From Lama glama (taxonomy: Eukaryota): 64,000 bases of DNA. The position numbers were made by a program, and so were the translations under genes. This document shows, piece after piece, positions 51,801 through 64,000 of the stretch (position 1 is its first letter; each line of letters starts with the position of its first letter). Under the pieces are notes generated by a model. It had not been told where the DNA came from and ran no database searches. It saw nothing but the letters and a program-made list of their open reading frames with translations. The stretch covers positions 33,172,001 to 33,236,000 of the forward strand of contig CM052818.1 of NCBI GenBank assembly GCA_028534125.1, in the 5' to 3' direction.

Positions 51801-53659
51801 TATTATCTTCAACAACAGCAAACGTTTTACTCCAAAATAATGCTCATGTTTCAATAATACGTTAAAACTAACTCTAAGAGAAGGTTACACGGAAAGAGAG
51901 TGACACCACAAAAGTTACTCTTTGTAAAAAACTTCCTTTCTTTCATTGAGTTTGGTACCTTCTTGGGTGACAATTTGTTAACTTCAAAGCAGCTGCATAC
52001 GTTTTTAAGTCAAAATTACCGAGTTTTCATGACCTTTCTTTAATCAGATAAACTCACTTTAGCAATTACTTTAATTCCATAATTACAGTTGAAAAGAATC
52101 ATACAACATATATAAGAGGGTATACAGGGAAAAAAATCACTGTATGGTACTGTGTATCTAATCTACAATCTTTTTCCTTATAAGAAGTCCTTAAGGTCAC
52201 TGAAAAGGTCTCACAAGGTATTAGAATAAAGAGAATATTCCCAGTGGAAATAATGAATTCTCAACCAACGTCAGAACTTACAAAAAAAAAAAAAAAAGAA
52301 AAAAAAAAGACTTTCTGGAAGTAGACTCTAAACACGAAACAGAAGTTTCAATCTGAATCAAAATAGTGACAGTGGTTGCTAAAGGACTGGCACTATTTGA
52401 GTTGTAAACCATGAACAGGGAGTGTTTGTGTGTGTAATCAAAAGATGAAAACCACTTTGCCTAGCAGAGCTAACCACTTTCAAGGAAGTCCAGGATAAAA
52501 ATTAACCAAAATGTTTAAAGTATCTAAAAGACACTGAAGTTCTCATAATCAAAGCAAAAAGGCATTTAGAAAGTAGATTTTCTTTTCTCTTCATATATAT
52601 ATATATTTATCATTTTGAACAGTGCAGAGAACTGATTGGGTTTCACTTTTTGTTCATAACCAATTTTAGTTCCTGCTGCTTTGGTAGTTATTATTACTAC
52701 TACAAAGGATAAAAATTAAATCACAAAGCTTTCTACACACCTGATCTGAGCTAAACATATTAATTCTAAAATAGTATTACACCTGTTATAAATTTGGTTT
52801 GGAATGAATTCTAATACATATCATCGTGGTTCCAAATTTTAATCACTTTGTTGATTCTGATTTACTCTTCAAACCTATTTACTCATATAAAAATGGGATC
52901 TGTATGCAAAAAGTAAGCAGATTTGAGAAGCCACAGTTTTGGTTCTGCTGAATTATCTAGCAGCCATCTTGCTTGCTGCTGCTAAATATTCTATAAGACA
53001 TTGTTTCTCTGGCAAAGAGATGAGTCCACACCACTTTGCTCAGCAACTGAGTGGCTGCTGCTTTAATAGCTTTGCCTTTGAGTGGTGAAATGACAGTGAT
53101 ACATCAATGCAAATAATTTCCTTGGTTATGCCAGCAATCACACAGCCTGACACAGTCAGATCTTGGAAGGGGCATTTGCAACAATAAACAGAAGCCTCTG
53201 ATTTTTACTTAGTTTCAAAAGCTGTCCTGATTTCCAGCTTATTGGCCTTGATTACAGGCCTATGAGGAAAGAATTATTTAAATGACTAGCAGAATTAGTC
53301 TACAGTTGTCAGTTTCCTCTAGTTTCAAAAAAAAAAGTCTTACCAGAAAGGGAGCTCTCTGTAAAGCAAAACAACTGTTTCCTGGACTTAATATAAACTT
53401 AAAGCTAATGAATGAATGGATAAGTGGAAAGAGAGACAGATAAAAACAAATGCCAAAAGAAGTATATTAAGAAATCTGTGTGAAGTTTAATTATTTAAAA
53501 TAAAGAAAAAAAATCAGAGCAAGAAACTCATCATTGGCTAGACCGAATGAACCCTGCCACTTTCTCCTGCAGCCACTATAACAACTATGAACATGGAGTA
53601 ACAGAGCAATTGAAGTCCTACTAAGACCTACTGGAAATCATGGACAGAGCAAAATACAA

Positions 53660-54438
53660 AGAAAATTATTTCCTTCTAATTTCTTTTGAAAATGTAAAAC
53701 TGTTTATAGCAATAACAGAAAAAGCTGTATTGTTGTGTTTATATTATGACAAATGCAGATGTGATATATATGACAATAATAGCACAGACAAGGAGGAGGG
53801 AAAGGAGCAAAGTTGTTATATTTTACCAGAATTAAGTCACTATTAATGTACAGTAGACTGTGTCAAGTTAAAGATGCATACTGTAATCTCTAGAATAAAC
53901 CATTAAGAAAATAATTCCAAAAAAGGTAGCTAAAAATATCAACAGAGAACTTAAGGTGGTACACTAAAAACATTTGTTTGTCATAAAGTAAGGCAGTAAA
54001 ATAGGAACAAAAAAGGAATGAGACAAACAGAAAACAAACACCAAAATGGCAGGCCCAAATCCAACCATACCAATAATTATATTAAATGCCAATGGATTAA
54101 ACTTTTCAATAAAACAGCAGAGACTGCTTAAATTATACAAAGGCAAAACCCAACCATACGTTATCTACAAGAGACACACTTCAGATTTAAAGGCAAAAAA
54201 AAAAAAAAAAAAAGGTTGAAAGCAATGGGATGGAAAAGGTATATCAAGCAAATAATAAGCATAATAGAGCTGGGATGGGTTATTAATAATGGATGAAATA
54301 AACTTTCAGGAAAGAAATGTCACTATAGACAAAGAGGATAATTCCATAATGATAAAAGGGCCAATACAACAAGAAAATGTAACAATTATAAATGTACATG
54401 TATCTAACAACAAAACTGATGGAACTGAAAGGAGAAAT
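53660..54438 (+). mobile_element. LINE-1 (L1M) inter-ORF region and ORF2 endonuclease 5' fragment
   Basis: aataattatattaaatgccaatggattaaac..tctacaagagacacacttcagatttaaagg..ataatgataaaagggccaatacaacaagaaaatgtaacaattataaatgtacatg; homologous to 5960-6720. Confidence 0.85.
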
Positions 54439-54439
54439 A

Positions 54440-54742
54440 CCCCTTCCTGCACGGCTATAGATGAGTAGTAGCTACATTCCTCAACCAAAGGCCCTTCCCA
54501 GCTCCTGCCAGGGAACCGCTTCCTACAGCTCCAGCTATTATGGCTCTTTCCAGCTTCTGTAACCACTCTCCTCTTGCCTACGCAGTCCTAGGGAAGGTCA
54601 TGACTCCTTGCTGCTGCTAATCATCCCTTTCGGTTTTCTTTAACTCTATCCACACATTTGAACACAGTCTTCTCACTGACTTCTCCCTAGTGACCCATGT
54701 GATGTGCCATCTGCTTTATGATGGAAACTTGACCTAGATAAA
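54440..54742 (+). mobile_element. ERVL LTR fragment, LTR33-like
   Basis: taaccactctcctcttgcc..cagtcctaggg..tccttgctgctgcta..ccacacatttgaacacagtc..tgtgccatctgcttt. Confidence 0.6.
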
Positions 54743-54769
54743 ATCTAAACTCCCTGTCTTTATTTGAAA

Positions 54770-55202
54770 GAGACTTGTAGTTAGTTACTTACTAAAGAAC
54801 AAATTTCCCAGCTAAAGAACAAATTTCCCAGTCGGCCCTAGCTCACATGTTGAAGCTATACGAACTAAGTTCTGAAACAATGACATGTAATTGTAAGTGG
54901 CACATGAGACTTCTTGAAAGTCTCAATAAATGAGAAATTTATATCCTTCTTCTATCTTTTTTCTGTTCTGCTACTTGGATTATGGATGTGATGGCTGGAG
55001 CTCCAACAGCTTTCTTGTTTTGTAAGCAAGAAAGCCACACCCAAGAGATGACAGAGTTTAAAGAAGAAACCTGGGTCCTATGTGACCTTTTGATCTGTCA
55101 TTCCAGCCCTGGATTGCCTATTTATATGCAAAAAATAAATAAACTTCTGTCTTGCTTAAACTATAGTCTTTCAAGTGTCTATTACTCCTTAATCCTGATA
55201 CC
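54770..55202 (+). mobile_element. Old ERVL-MaLR LTR (MLT1J/K-like)
   Basis: ggatgtgatggctggagctccaacagc..cttg; ccagccctggattgccta; aaataaacttctgtcttgcttaaac. Confidence 0.7.
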
Positions 55203-56060
55203 TACGGCCTGTGAGGCACCATCTGATCTGGCCCTGATACTCTTTCTAACTTCTCTTATATGATCCTCTCCTTGCTCACTGTGCTCCAGCCATACTAGCT
55301 CATGCAAAGCTCTTTGCTACTTTTGTAGCTCTATGCACAAGCTGACTTCTTTCCCGGAAATCTCCTCCCTGAATCTCAATGGCTGCTCACTAAGGTCTCA
55401 GCTGAAATGTCACCTCCTACGAGATGGCTTCCCTGACCATCTTAACAACAGCTGCCCTCTTAGCCTCTTTCATAGCCCCATGTTTTGTTCCATTATGGTA
55501 TCTGTCACCATAATTTGTAATTTACATATTTGCCAGCTTACTTTTTTATTGTTTGTCTCTCTCATTAGACCCTATTAGGGAGGGAGTCTCTGTCTTTTTC
55601 TATTTCTCGCTTATGTATATAACATATGAAATTCTCTCTGTGTCATAGATTACTTTGTACCTTGCATACAATAGGCAAGCTCACAAAATATCTCTTTAAA
55701 AAATGCGCATTATTGTACTCCACCTTTATCTGATCTCTTTTCTCATTAATTAGACCAGGGGTTGGCAAACTTCTTTTGTAAAGAGTCAAAGAGTAAAAAT
55801 TGTAAGCTTTACCATTTTTGTTGTAAATTCTTCTTCTTTTTCCCTAACAACCCTTTAAAAACATAAAAACCATTCTTAGCTCAAGGGCCGTATAAAACAG
55901 GCTGAGGGTGGAGTTTGGCTATAGGCTGTAGCCAGCCAACCCGAGTGCTAGACTCTAAGTGTCTTAAGGTCAGGCCTGAGTTATTTACTTATATCCCGTG
56001 GGGCCCTAGCACAGTACTGAGCACACAGCAGGTTCTCAGTAAACTTAGAACTCAGCTGAA
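55203..56060 (+). mobile_element. LINE-2 3' fragments flanking a MER58-like MITE
   Basis: ccttgctcactgtgctccagccatact; aggtctcagctgaaatgtcacctcct..ttccctgacc; cctagcacagtactgagcacacagcaggttctcagtaaa. Confidence 0.75.
55756..55945. mobile_element. hAT-Charlie MITE, MER58-like
   Basis: caggggttggcaaactt..tgtaaagagtc; aaaaaccattcttagctcaagggccgtataaaacaggc; TSD-like aattagac/tgctagac. Confidence 0.8.
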
Positions 56061-59000
56061 TTAGTCAAATTGATTGGGATAGGGGTAGAAAAGAGAAAAA
56101 AATGAAACGGAACAGCTAAAATGGTCAGATTTGATCTAATAGGTATTTTGCCAGGGGTAAGGCCTAGGGTCCAGGCTGGATGACTCAAAGGGTCATTTAC
56201 CAAGAAGTTACAGGTAGTGGGAAAAGACAGCTTCTCATGCAGTCACAGACTCTCACCTGCCTTGGAAGTCACAACCTCAGTACCCTCCCCTTCCAAGCAG
56301 CAACCCTGCGACCTTAGGCAGCTGCACTCCTTCCTGTGCAGCTGACTGGGGCCCATGAAAAAGAGCCAGTTTTCCCCAGAGCTTGCATTTGTTCTGTGTT
56401 ACTGTGTCTTGCTAGCTGGTTCTCTTGTCACCCAGCATTCTGAAAAGCTGCTGGCTTACACAGCATCTACCTCTGGAGGTAAAAACAGCCTGGTAAATAC
56501 AGAATTACCTACATAACCACTACAAGTAATTCTTAGATGATGACCAGGAAACCTTCCTGAAAACAGTTTCTGAATAACCCTGCTGTGGTTCCAAATCACG
56601 TGAGATGCTGATCATGAACAAAGGAAGGAAAGAAGGAATAAATGGAGGGAAATGCTCCGTGGCCACAATTACGGCCACAGCCCACTCCTGGAACTGCCAG
56701 AATGCCAGGAAGTTGTGGTGTCTCCTGAGAGGTCCTAGAATATGCACAATGGTTCCCTGCAGGGCGTTCTTGCTTCCGCACACTCTGGCAAAGCCTGAGG
56801 TCAGAGCCATCTGCCTTAAGAGAGGAGTGCCTCTTTCCTCTAGCATCCAAGATGCTCAGAATTATTGCCAGCACCTGCCCTCCTGAGTCGTCTTCCCGGG
56901 CCTGGGCAGAGCAGAGGGTGGGGAGAGCAGAGACGTTACTTGGTGTCTTGCCACGTCTTCAATCTCCGTGGAGTAGTGAGCCAGCCACACAAGACTGGCT
57001 CCATCTCTAGGCATTTCCTCCTTTCTTTTCCATGTTCTTGGGATCTCAGAGTAACTCACTGCAACGTTCTATCACTAAGTCTCTGCCACTCCATATTCAC
57101 CTTCCCATCTTCATGGAAAGAAAAAAGGGAACAAGTGGTCCCTTGGGGGTTGTGACCACACAAGAAGATGCTTTCAAAAGAAGGTAAGTATCAGATGTTT
57201 CACTGTATAACTGAGTAAAATGTATTATTCGCCAAGCTTCGCTCTGACGGAGCAAGTCCTCCATTTCAGATACAAGAAAGAAGCAAAGGGGTGGAAATAA
57301 TTTATTTAAAGACAGGCTGTGAGATAAGATGGAGCAGGAAACAGCACCAAAGCCCCTTGATGCACAGACAAGGTCTTATCTGCCAAAGAGCCAATTGGGC
57401 CCTGATGCTAAGAGACAAGGAACAAATCGCCTGGGGAGGAAAGGACTAATAGCCTGAGGAAACACTTTGCAAAAAATAAATTAAACAAACCGCAAGGCCT
57501 CAGAGGTGTTCTAATGAGTCCCTGGGGGTTCTATGTTTCTGAAGAAGGTGATCAAAACTCAGTGAAAATATGACTTTGAGACTTATTTTTACAAGTCTGA
57601 CAGGAAAACTGAGAGAGTGAGGAAGAGAGGGAGCGGTAAGAAATACTGGACACATGGTACCGTGGACAAAATATTCTTTGGGGAACAGGCCTTCCAAAGG
57701 ACAAGAAGCGCTGTAACACTGCACGCACTGAGAAGAGGGCTGGCAGGGGCTGGGCGGCGCGTGCTCTCCTGTTCCCAAACATCCCCCGTGCCAGCACCAC
57801 CAGAACAACCATCCTTGAGCTGGATGCATAAACACAGGTTAGGAAGATCAGTGCCAAGTATAATTTTTCCTCCTTAAATCAGATATGATCTGACTTCAAC
57901 TTTTTTGAAAGTGGAATCATGGCTAGGAGATCAAAATCAGTTTCAGGAAAAAGAGTTGAGATTTCATGCCACTTTGGAATGAAAAATACTGGATGAAACA
58001 GTCATCTAACTTATTGTTTGTGACTGTCCTTCTGTGTGTCCTTCCTTCTGTATCCTTCTCTCATAGCCACTCTGGGGGACCCTGACCGTAGCCACTACCA
58101 TTTGCAACAGGGTACAGGTCCCTCTTGCTAAGCTGGGCTAGAAGAAACACACCAGACTGATCACTCAGGCAGCTGTCCAGGGTCATGAGAGACAAATCAA
58201 GCATACAATCGGGATCTGGGGTCCAGCTACCAGGCTAGACACAGAATCACTGGGATCAAGATGGGGCCAAGTGGAGGTGGCAAATGGGAAGTGAGAGCCC
58301 AGCAAGGAATTAACACTCAGAACAGAAAACCAAAGCCATGAGACATATGGGCCAGGACCAAAAGTGACAGCTGGAAGCACCAGGATGCAGCTCAGCACAT
58401 AGGGCCCCAGATAATGGTGAGCAAACGGGACTGCCAGGAGGCCTTGACTGTGGGGCTTCCTCCTCCTCCTGGCCCTGAGCTGGAGGTCAAGCTCATCTAC
58501 TGATGTCTCCACGGGACTTAACAACCCGTGACATAGGAGGAAACTAAAGCAGAGGGAGGCTTGTCTTAGAGATTTGAACAAGATCATATAATTAGTTGAA
58601 GGCACACCCAAGATTAAAATCTCTCCCTCTCCAATTCTCTGTTTATCTGTGCACATAGTTAACACAGAGCAACATGCTTGCGCTTTTCAGATGCACTGGA
58701 AAAGATGGTCCCAATGGGAAACAAGCTATTGAGTAGAAGCTTCATATGAAGCGCGCATGACAAGGTGGTTATCACTGGGAAACACCTTGAAAGAAAGGGA
58801 GAACTTCTTTAAAGTATGTACAGCCAACTCTCAATTACCTCCATGTGGGTTATACCCTAGTAAGGTTTCCATTAGAGGCTTTCTTCCTTCAACCACTATG
58901 GACACTTTCAAGTTTCTTCTCCTACTATCTGTTGGTGCAAAGTCATGTAAGACAAATTAATTTAAGAACTATTTTAGCCTAAGTCAATCCCAACGAAGAC

Positions 59001-59626
59001 GGCAAATCTGCTGAGGGAAAAAAAAAATCCCCCAAGCCATTATCTTTACACCGCCTGATGGTTTGGCCAAAGCTCTGCTTCCTGAAACGGTCTGTTAAGG
59101 TCTAGGGTAGTTCCATACACTGAGTGAAGTCAACCCGAACCCACTGCTTTTCTGTAAAAGAAAAGAATCTTCCCTGGATTTGGGAGAACTGGAACTTCTC
59201 TGCCTTTGGCTGGAAGATTGGGTATTTTGCAGACCAAATTACTAAAGAATAAAGTGCATAGTTGACTTGTAACTTAAACCTGGCACCAGAGGTCACTGGC
59301 TCTTAAAGAACAAAGAAACAAACAAAAGAGACTCTAAATTTAAGCAAATTAAGCAAAAGCTGGACCAATGTTACTGACTGACTGATTACTATAATACCAC
59401 AAGCATTTAAGTATGTCTACTATGTGGAAAACACGGAGTATTCATGTTAGGAATTCATTAAAACAGTGTCCCATCTTTAACATATATATTATATTATCAA
59501 AGTTGTAGATTTTTTCACTTACTAAGGATGACAACCAAATGATCAAAACAGTATGTTCTGAGTAATCCTGAAAGTTCTGAGGCCTGATCCTGGAAAGGTA
59601 TTCTGAAAATGGAAATCTGTCTAGGG

Positions 59627-59857
59627 TAGGGTTTCTTAAATTCTGCACTCCTGACATTTCGTACTCACTAATTTTTTCCATTTTAGGAGCTTGTCCTATG
59701 CATTATAGGATGTTTAGCAGCATCCCTGACCTCTACCTACTTAATGCCAGTAATGACAACCACCACCCCTGGTCCCCCACCCATTGTGACAAACAAAAAT
59801 GTCTCTACACATTACCAAACATTCCCTGAATGGAAAATTATACACTGAAAACTACTG
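59627..59857. mobile_element. hAT-Charlie MITE, MER20-like
   Basis: tgtcctatgcattataggatgtttagcagcatccctgacctctacc..tgtgacaaacaaaaatgtctctacacattaccaaa; 8-bp TSD gtctaggg (59619-59626) / gtctagag (59858-59865). Confidence 0.9.
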
Positions 59858-60219
59858 GTCTAGAGATATTTTCTCTTTAAGACCGTGCAGTAAATATGCC
59901 AAGTTAGGACACTGAAGCTTGTCACAGTCATTAATACATGCAGTTTAGTGCATTTTTAAATGTATGCTGACATGCTAATAGCAAAAGTATACTCACTGTG
60001 TACAAGAAAACAAAAATCTTTCCACATCAGCAACAGAGTGAGTTTTGTAAAGCCTTCTGCATCATATTCCACGACACCCCTAAGTAATAAAAACATACAC
60101 ACACAACAAAAAACCCTTATAAAAACAAGGTATAACAGAGATGGAACCAAGTAAAGAATGTCTTCATTAAGTCGGGGTTATTAAATCCGAGATGGATTTA
60201 AAACAAGTGAGTGTTACCA

Positions 60220-60440
60220 CAGGAAGGATGTGGGATTTGGAATGAAAGTGTCCAGGTTGAAGCCACAGCTTTACCATTAACTATCTATTGTGACCTCAGG
60301 CAAATCACTTAACCTTTGAAGCCTCAGTTTCCTCATCTGTAAAACAAAAATAATAATATTTGCAAACTTCATCATGGAGTGGTGAAAACCAAGTGAGGTA
60401 AACCATAAAATCCTATGCAAATGTTAGTTACTAGTTATGA
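60220..60440 (+). mobile_element. MIR SINE
   Basis: tgtgacctcaggcaaatcacttaacctttgaagcctcagtttcctcatctgtaaaa is a near-consensus MIR core. Confidence 0.88.
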
Positions 60441-61786
60441 GCCAAAGGACAAAAAAAGAAATCTGAGTGGCAACATCTCTATTGTCTGAACAGTGCCTGT
60501 GCTGTCTCACTGTCACTCAGGCACTGCACAGAAATGAGCAATGACAATATCACCAAGCTCAGGATTACAGATTACTTTCTTCCAAAGTACCTGGCATCCT
60601 TTCTCTTGTGTCCCCCTATCCTCCCCACTGGGCTCAAGACAAAGTAGCAATGTTGGCTGGGCAGATGCTGGGTTCAGGCGGGAGATGCACACCTCGTGCA
60701 TCAAAGGAGAGCAACTCCTGACCGCAGAAGGGCCAGGGCAGAATTCCAGCGGGCTCACCTCCCTCATCTCCCTCAGGAGCGGAGAGCTTGCAGGATGTGA
60801 CCATAATGTGACAACACTAACCACACAGCGAGGACAAGAATAATGTTCTCCCTCATCCACATGAGGAGGCCTTTGCTGCCCATGGAGACGCCTTCTCTCT
60901 GGCCGAGTCAGGCCAATCAGACCTTGAATACTGATGTCCTTCAGGTTTAAGTAGGAAGGAACAGTTGCACCCATTGTGAAGGTTAAGGAACTACGGCCCC
61001 GAAGGCTAAGTGATTTGCCCAAAGACTGCTGATATATCACTAGGACCTTCTGACTTAAGTCAATAAACCTGTTCACCAGTTTATATTTCTTTTCATGAAT
61101 GTATAATTTACTCAATATTAATTTACAACACTGATATCCCAACTTTTTAGATCCTGCATCCCATGAGCAAAACCAAGCACAGAATCCTCTTCATTATACA
61201 TACAGTACAGTGGATGGTCGTGCTGGTATATGGGTTAGGAGCTGTATACAAGTGCTGCTATATTACTATAGCATATGATCAGTAAAACACCAAAGTGTAC
61301 ACAAAAAATGAGATTTAAAGACAAACGTCAATGCAATTTTCATACTTTTCTTGAATACCAGTAGTGAGGTGGCACATACACCCTCGGGGTATGCTTTGTA
61401 AGTCACTGTGTAGCTTCTCCATTTTCAATTATATGTACACTAAAGATAATCTTATTCAAAAAATGAGAAGACTAATGGTGTCATTTATTAACCACTATTT
61501 GTACCATAAGTACTTTCTCAAAATGTTCATAAACAAAGCTGAAAAAATTCTTAAGTATTAGAGACTCCTGCGAGAGGCAGTCATAATGTTGAGATGTTGA
61601 TTCTTCTATTTTGGAGACACGAAAAATTGCACTTGAGATAATGAGAAAATTTCCAGAAATTGCTTTGAGGAGTCAGAAATTTTGCTTATAGTTCTGCCAT
61701 ATTTATAAAATTATATCCCAACTTGATTCTTAATTTCATCTTCTCTTTCCTATTCCCACTTTCCTTTTGTTCTAATTTATTTATTT

Positions 61787-61850
61787 ACACACACGTGCAC
61801 ACACACGCGCACACACTCTCTCTCTCTCTCTCCCTCTCTCTCCCCTTCTC
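61787..61850. repeat. Compound (CA)n-(CT)n microsatellite
   Basis: acacacacgtgcacacacacgcgcacacactctctctctctctctccctctctctcccc. Confidence 0.9.
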
Positions 61851-62844
61851 TGGAATAAGGTGGACTATAACCAGACCACAGAAACCCTCAGTGTTTAGTA
61901 CCCGCAGTGGGTACGAAGGCCCCACCCTTTACAGCAGACTGGGAGGAGAGCACATGCCCTCTCCCAGAGGAAGGGTAGGCGGGTGAGTGGGCAGGTGAGT
62001 GGGCGGGTGCTAAGGCCCTGCCATCAACAAGAGGACAGAGCTGTGGAGCTGCAGGGCCCACAGGAAAGGGCAAGGGCACAGGGAGGGCAGCCAAAGAGAT
62101 GTTCTCCACCCCCCCACCCCAGGACCACAGCCACGCACCTCCCTTCTCCCTTGCAGTGACTTCTTCCAAGCCCTAATCCCAAATGTGTGTCTAATGCCAG
62201 ATTTCCTCCCCAAATCGATGTGGCACTGTTGGGAGTGGGAGTCCTGTCAGGAGACCTGAGTCCTAAGAAACAGGGTTCCCAGCCCGGTGCTCTCTCTTCA
62301 TGGGGTGTGACCTGCACTGGGTGGCTGAACGTGTCAGGGTTTCAGAGTCTTCAGTCCAATGTGTCAGGAAAGCCCGCCTGGGTCACCTCATGACTACTGC
62401 GAGGTGATGGAGATGAAAGTACTGTGCAAACTGTAAAGAGCTCTAGGTGTTATGACCACTGTTACTGTTACTGTTGCATTGGGGCGAGTCATGTTGCTGC
62501 TCCAGGGAAGAGATCTGACTCTCTTAGTTGCTAAACAATGTTAAAAACAAACAAACAAAAAAAGTCTTCCTGGGAGCTTGAGTGTAAGCAACATACCCAA
62601 AAGAAACAAAAGGGCAGTGAAAGGTAGCACGTAGAGGAACTAAGTGCTATTTTCTTAATCAAGCCCTACCTCAGGGTCACCACAAGGGAGGGCATCAATA
62701 CACGACCTCAACAAAGAACTTACGTGCCAAAGTGACTGAGGAAAGCAGCAATATACTCTCTTCTTTTGTGGTATCCTTGAATCACATACTGCACCTGGAA
62801 TAGGAACCCCAAAACTGAGAAGTGGAGTAGGAAATTATTAAATG

Positions 62845-64000
62845 CTTTATTATGTAAAATTGCAAAGATTCAGAGAAGTAGAAAGAATAGTAAAAGGAAC
62901 ACTCATATTCCCACACCTATATTCAACAACTCTGAATATTTTACCAAGTTGCTTTATCCAGCCATCTACCTACCAATCAACCTATCAATCAATCTTGCTG
63001 AAACGTTTCAAAGGAAATTAGAGACATCATGACAGTTTGCCCCTAAACACTTCAGCATGCAGCTCCGAAAAACAAGACACTTTCCTACATAACCACAATA
63101 CTGTTATCATACTCAACAAAACTTAGTAATCATTCTCTGAACTCGTTTGGTATCCTGCCCATTCTCAAAACTTTCCAATTGTCCCCAAAACATTTTTTTT
63201 TAAAAGCAGGGTATAAACAGGGCCAATCTAGAATTTAATCTAGAAAGTCTTTTACTCTAGAATAACAGTGCCTCCTGTGGGGGGTGGGGGTGTGTGTGTG
63301 TGTGTGTGTCTGTGTCTGTGTGTGTGCCTGCACACGTGCACATGATACTGACTGAAGAGACCGGGCTAGTTGTATTGTAGAATATCCTGCATTCTAGATC
63401 TGATTGTTTTCTTCCTTTTTCCTCTACCTTCCACATTTCCTATAAATTGGAAATTAGAGCTAAAGATGTGATTAGATTCAAGTTAAATATTTTGGGCAAG
63501 AAAACTCCATAGGTGATACTGAGTTTGATCATCGGTTAAAGCGATGACAGGCATACTGCTCCACTTTGAAGGGCTGTTTTCCCTTTGCCATAGTGAGTAA
63601 TCCAGGGCTGTACCTCTCGAAGCATGTGAAGATCTAGCTCCCACCAACCTGTCACCTAATGCTTTTAGGATCTGGTGAGATCCTTGTCTGAATGACTTCA
63701 TTAGGGCCTGAAAAATGGTGATTTTTTTAAAACTCTATCATTCTTTCTGCATTTAAAAAAAGGTCTCCCTTTTTATCAGCTGCAATTCTCTGTAAAGAAG
63801 AGCTTTCTCTCATCAAATGGGTCTATTTGGTGATTCTGAACTATATCGCCTACTGAAAAGGCATGATAATGCTTAATTCTTTCTTTTTGAATTTGTAATA
63901 TTCAGAATAAGGAGTGTTACAACAGGATATTTTATTTTGCCTTTCTATATTTCCTTGTTATCAACGACAGTTTCTACAAAAAAAACTGTGAACTCATTAA
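62845..64000 (-). mobile_element. LINE-1 (L1MC4/5-like) 3' UTR, with a (TG)n tract at ~63289-63326
   Basis: agacatcatgacagtttgcccctaaacacttcagcatgca..tcctacataaccacaatac; ttgtattgtagaatatcc..attagattcaagttaaatattttgggcaagaa. Confidence 0.8.

Noticed and set aside
57050..57190. + strand exon ending at AAG|GTAAGTA (57183)
   Set aside because: One frame is open, but the acceptor is mediocre, the peptide is unrecognised and the strand opposes the inferred host.
58080..58560. Possible ancient LTR or 160-aa ORF
   Set aside because: The composition hints at an old LTR, but I could not identify termini or family, and the ORF has no recognisable features.
59040..59170. Strong minus-strand acceptor ttcttttcttttacAG (59152-59153)
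   Set aside because: All frames close within about 20 codons and I found no good donor or clear poly(A) signal nearby, so I cannot support an exon.
60513..61142. 209-aa minus-strand ORF
   Set aside because: It overlaps a MIR remnant (~60960-61060), has no recognisable motifs and no supporting splice structure.

Overview
This is 64 kb of mammalian nuclear DNA, most likely camelid: three copies of a tRNA-derived SINE resemble the camelid vic-1 family. I recognise no host protein-coding gene, RNA gene or prokaryote-type system. The only ORF-track peptides I can identify are decayed LINE-1 and LINE-2 ORF2 remnants. The window is a mosaic of old repeats (L1M fragments including a ~4.1 kb copy, a long L2, many MIRs, MaLR/ERVL LTRs, hAT MITEs), a younger ERV1-type solo LTR with 4-bp target-site duplication (TSD), microsatellites, and unique stretches with enhancer-like motif clusters. 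All LTRs I could orient and most L1 sequence lie on +, which suggests an intron of a gene transcribed from the - strand. A few splice-site-bounded candidate exons are listed as hypotheses only. Repeat family names come from recalled consensus features, not a database search, and boundaries are approximate unless a TSD is given. I found no convincing novel biological system.
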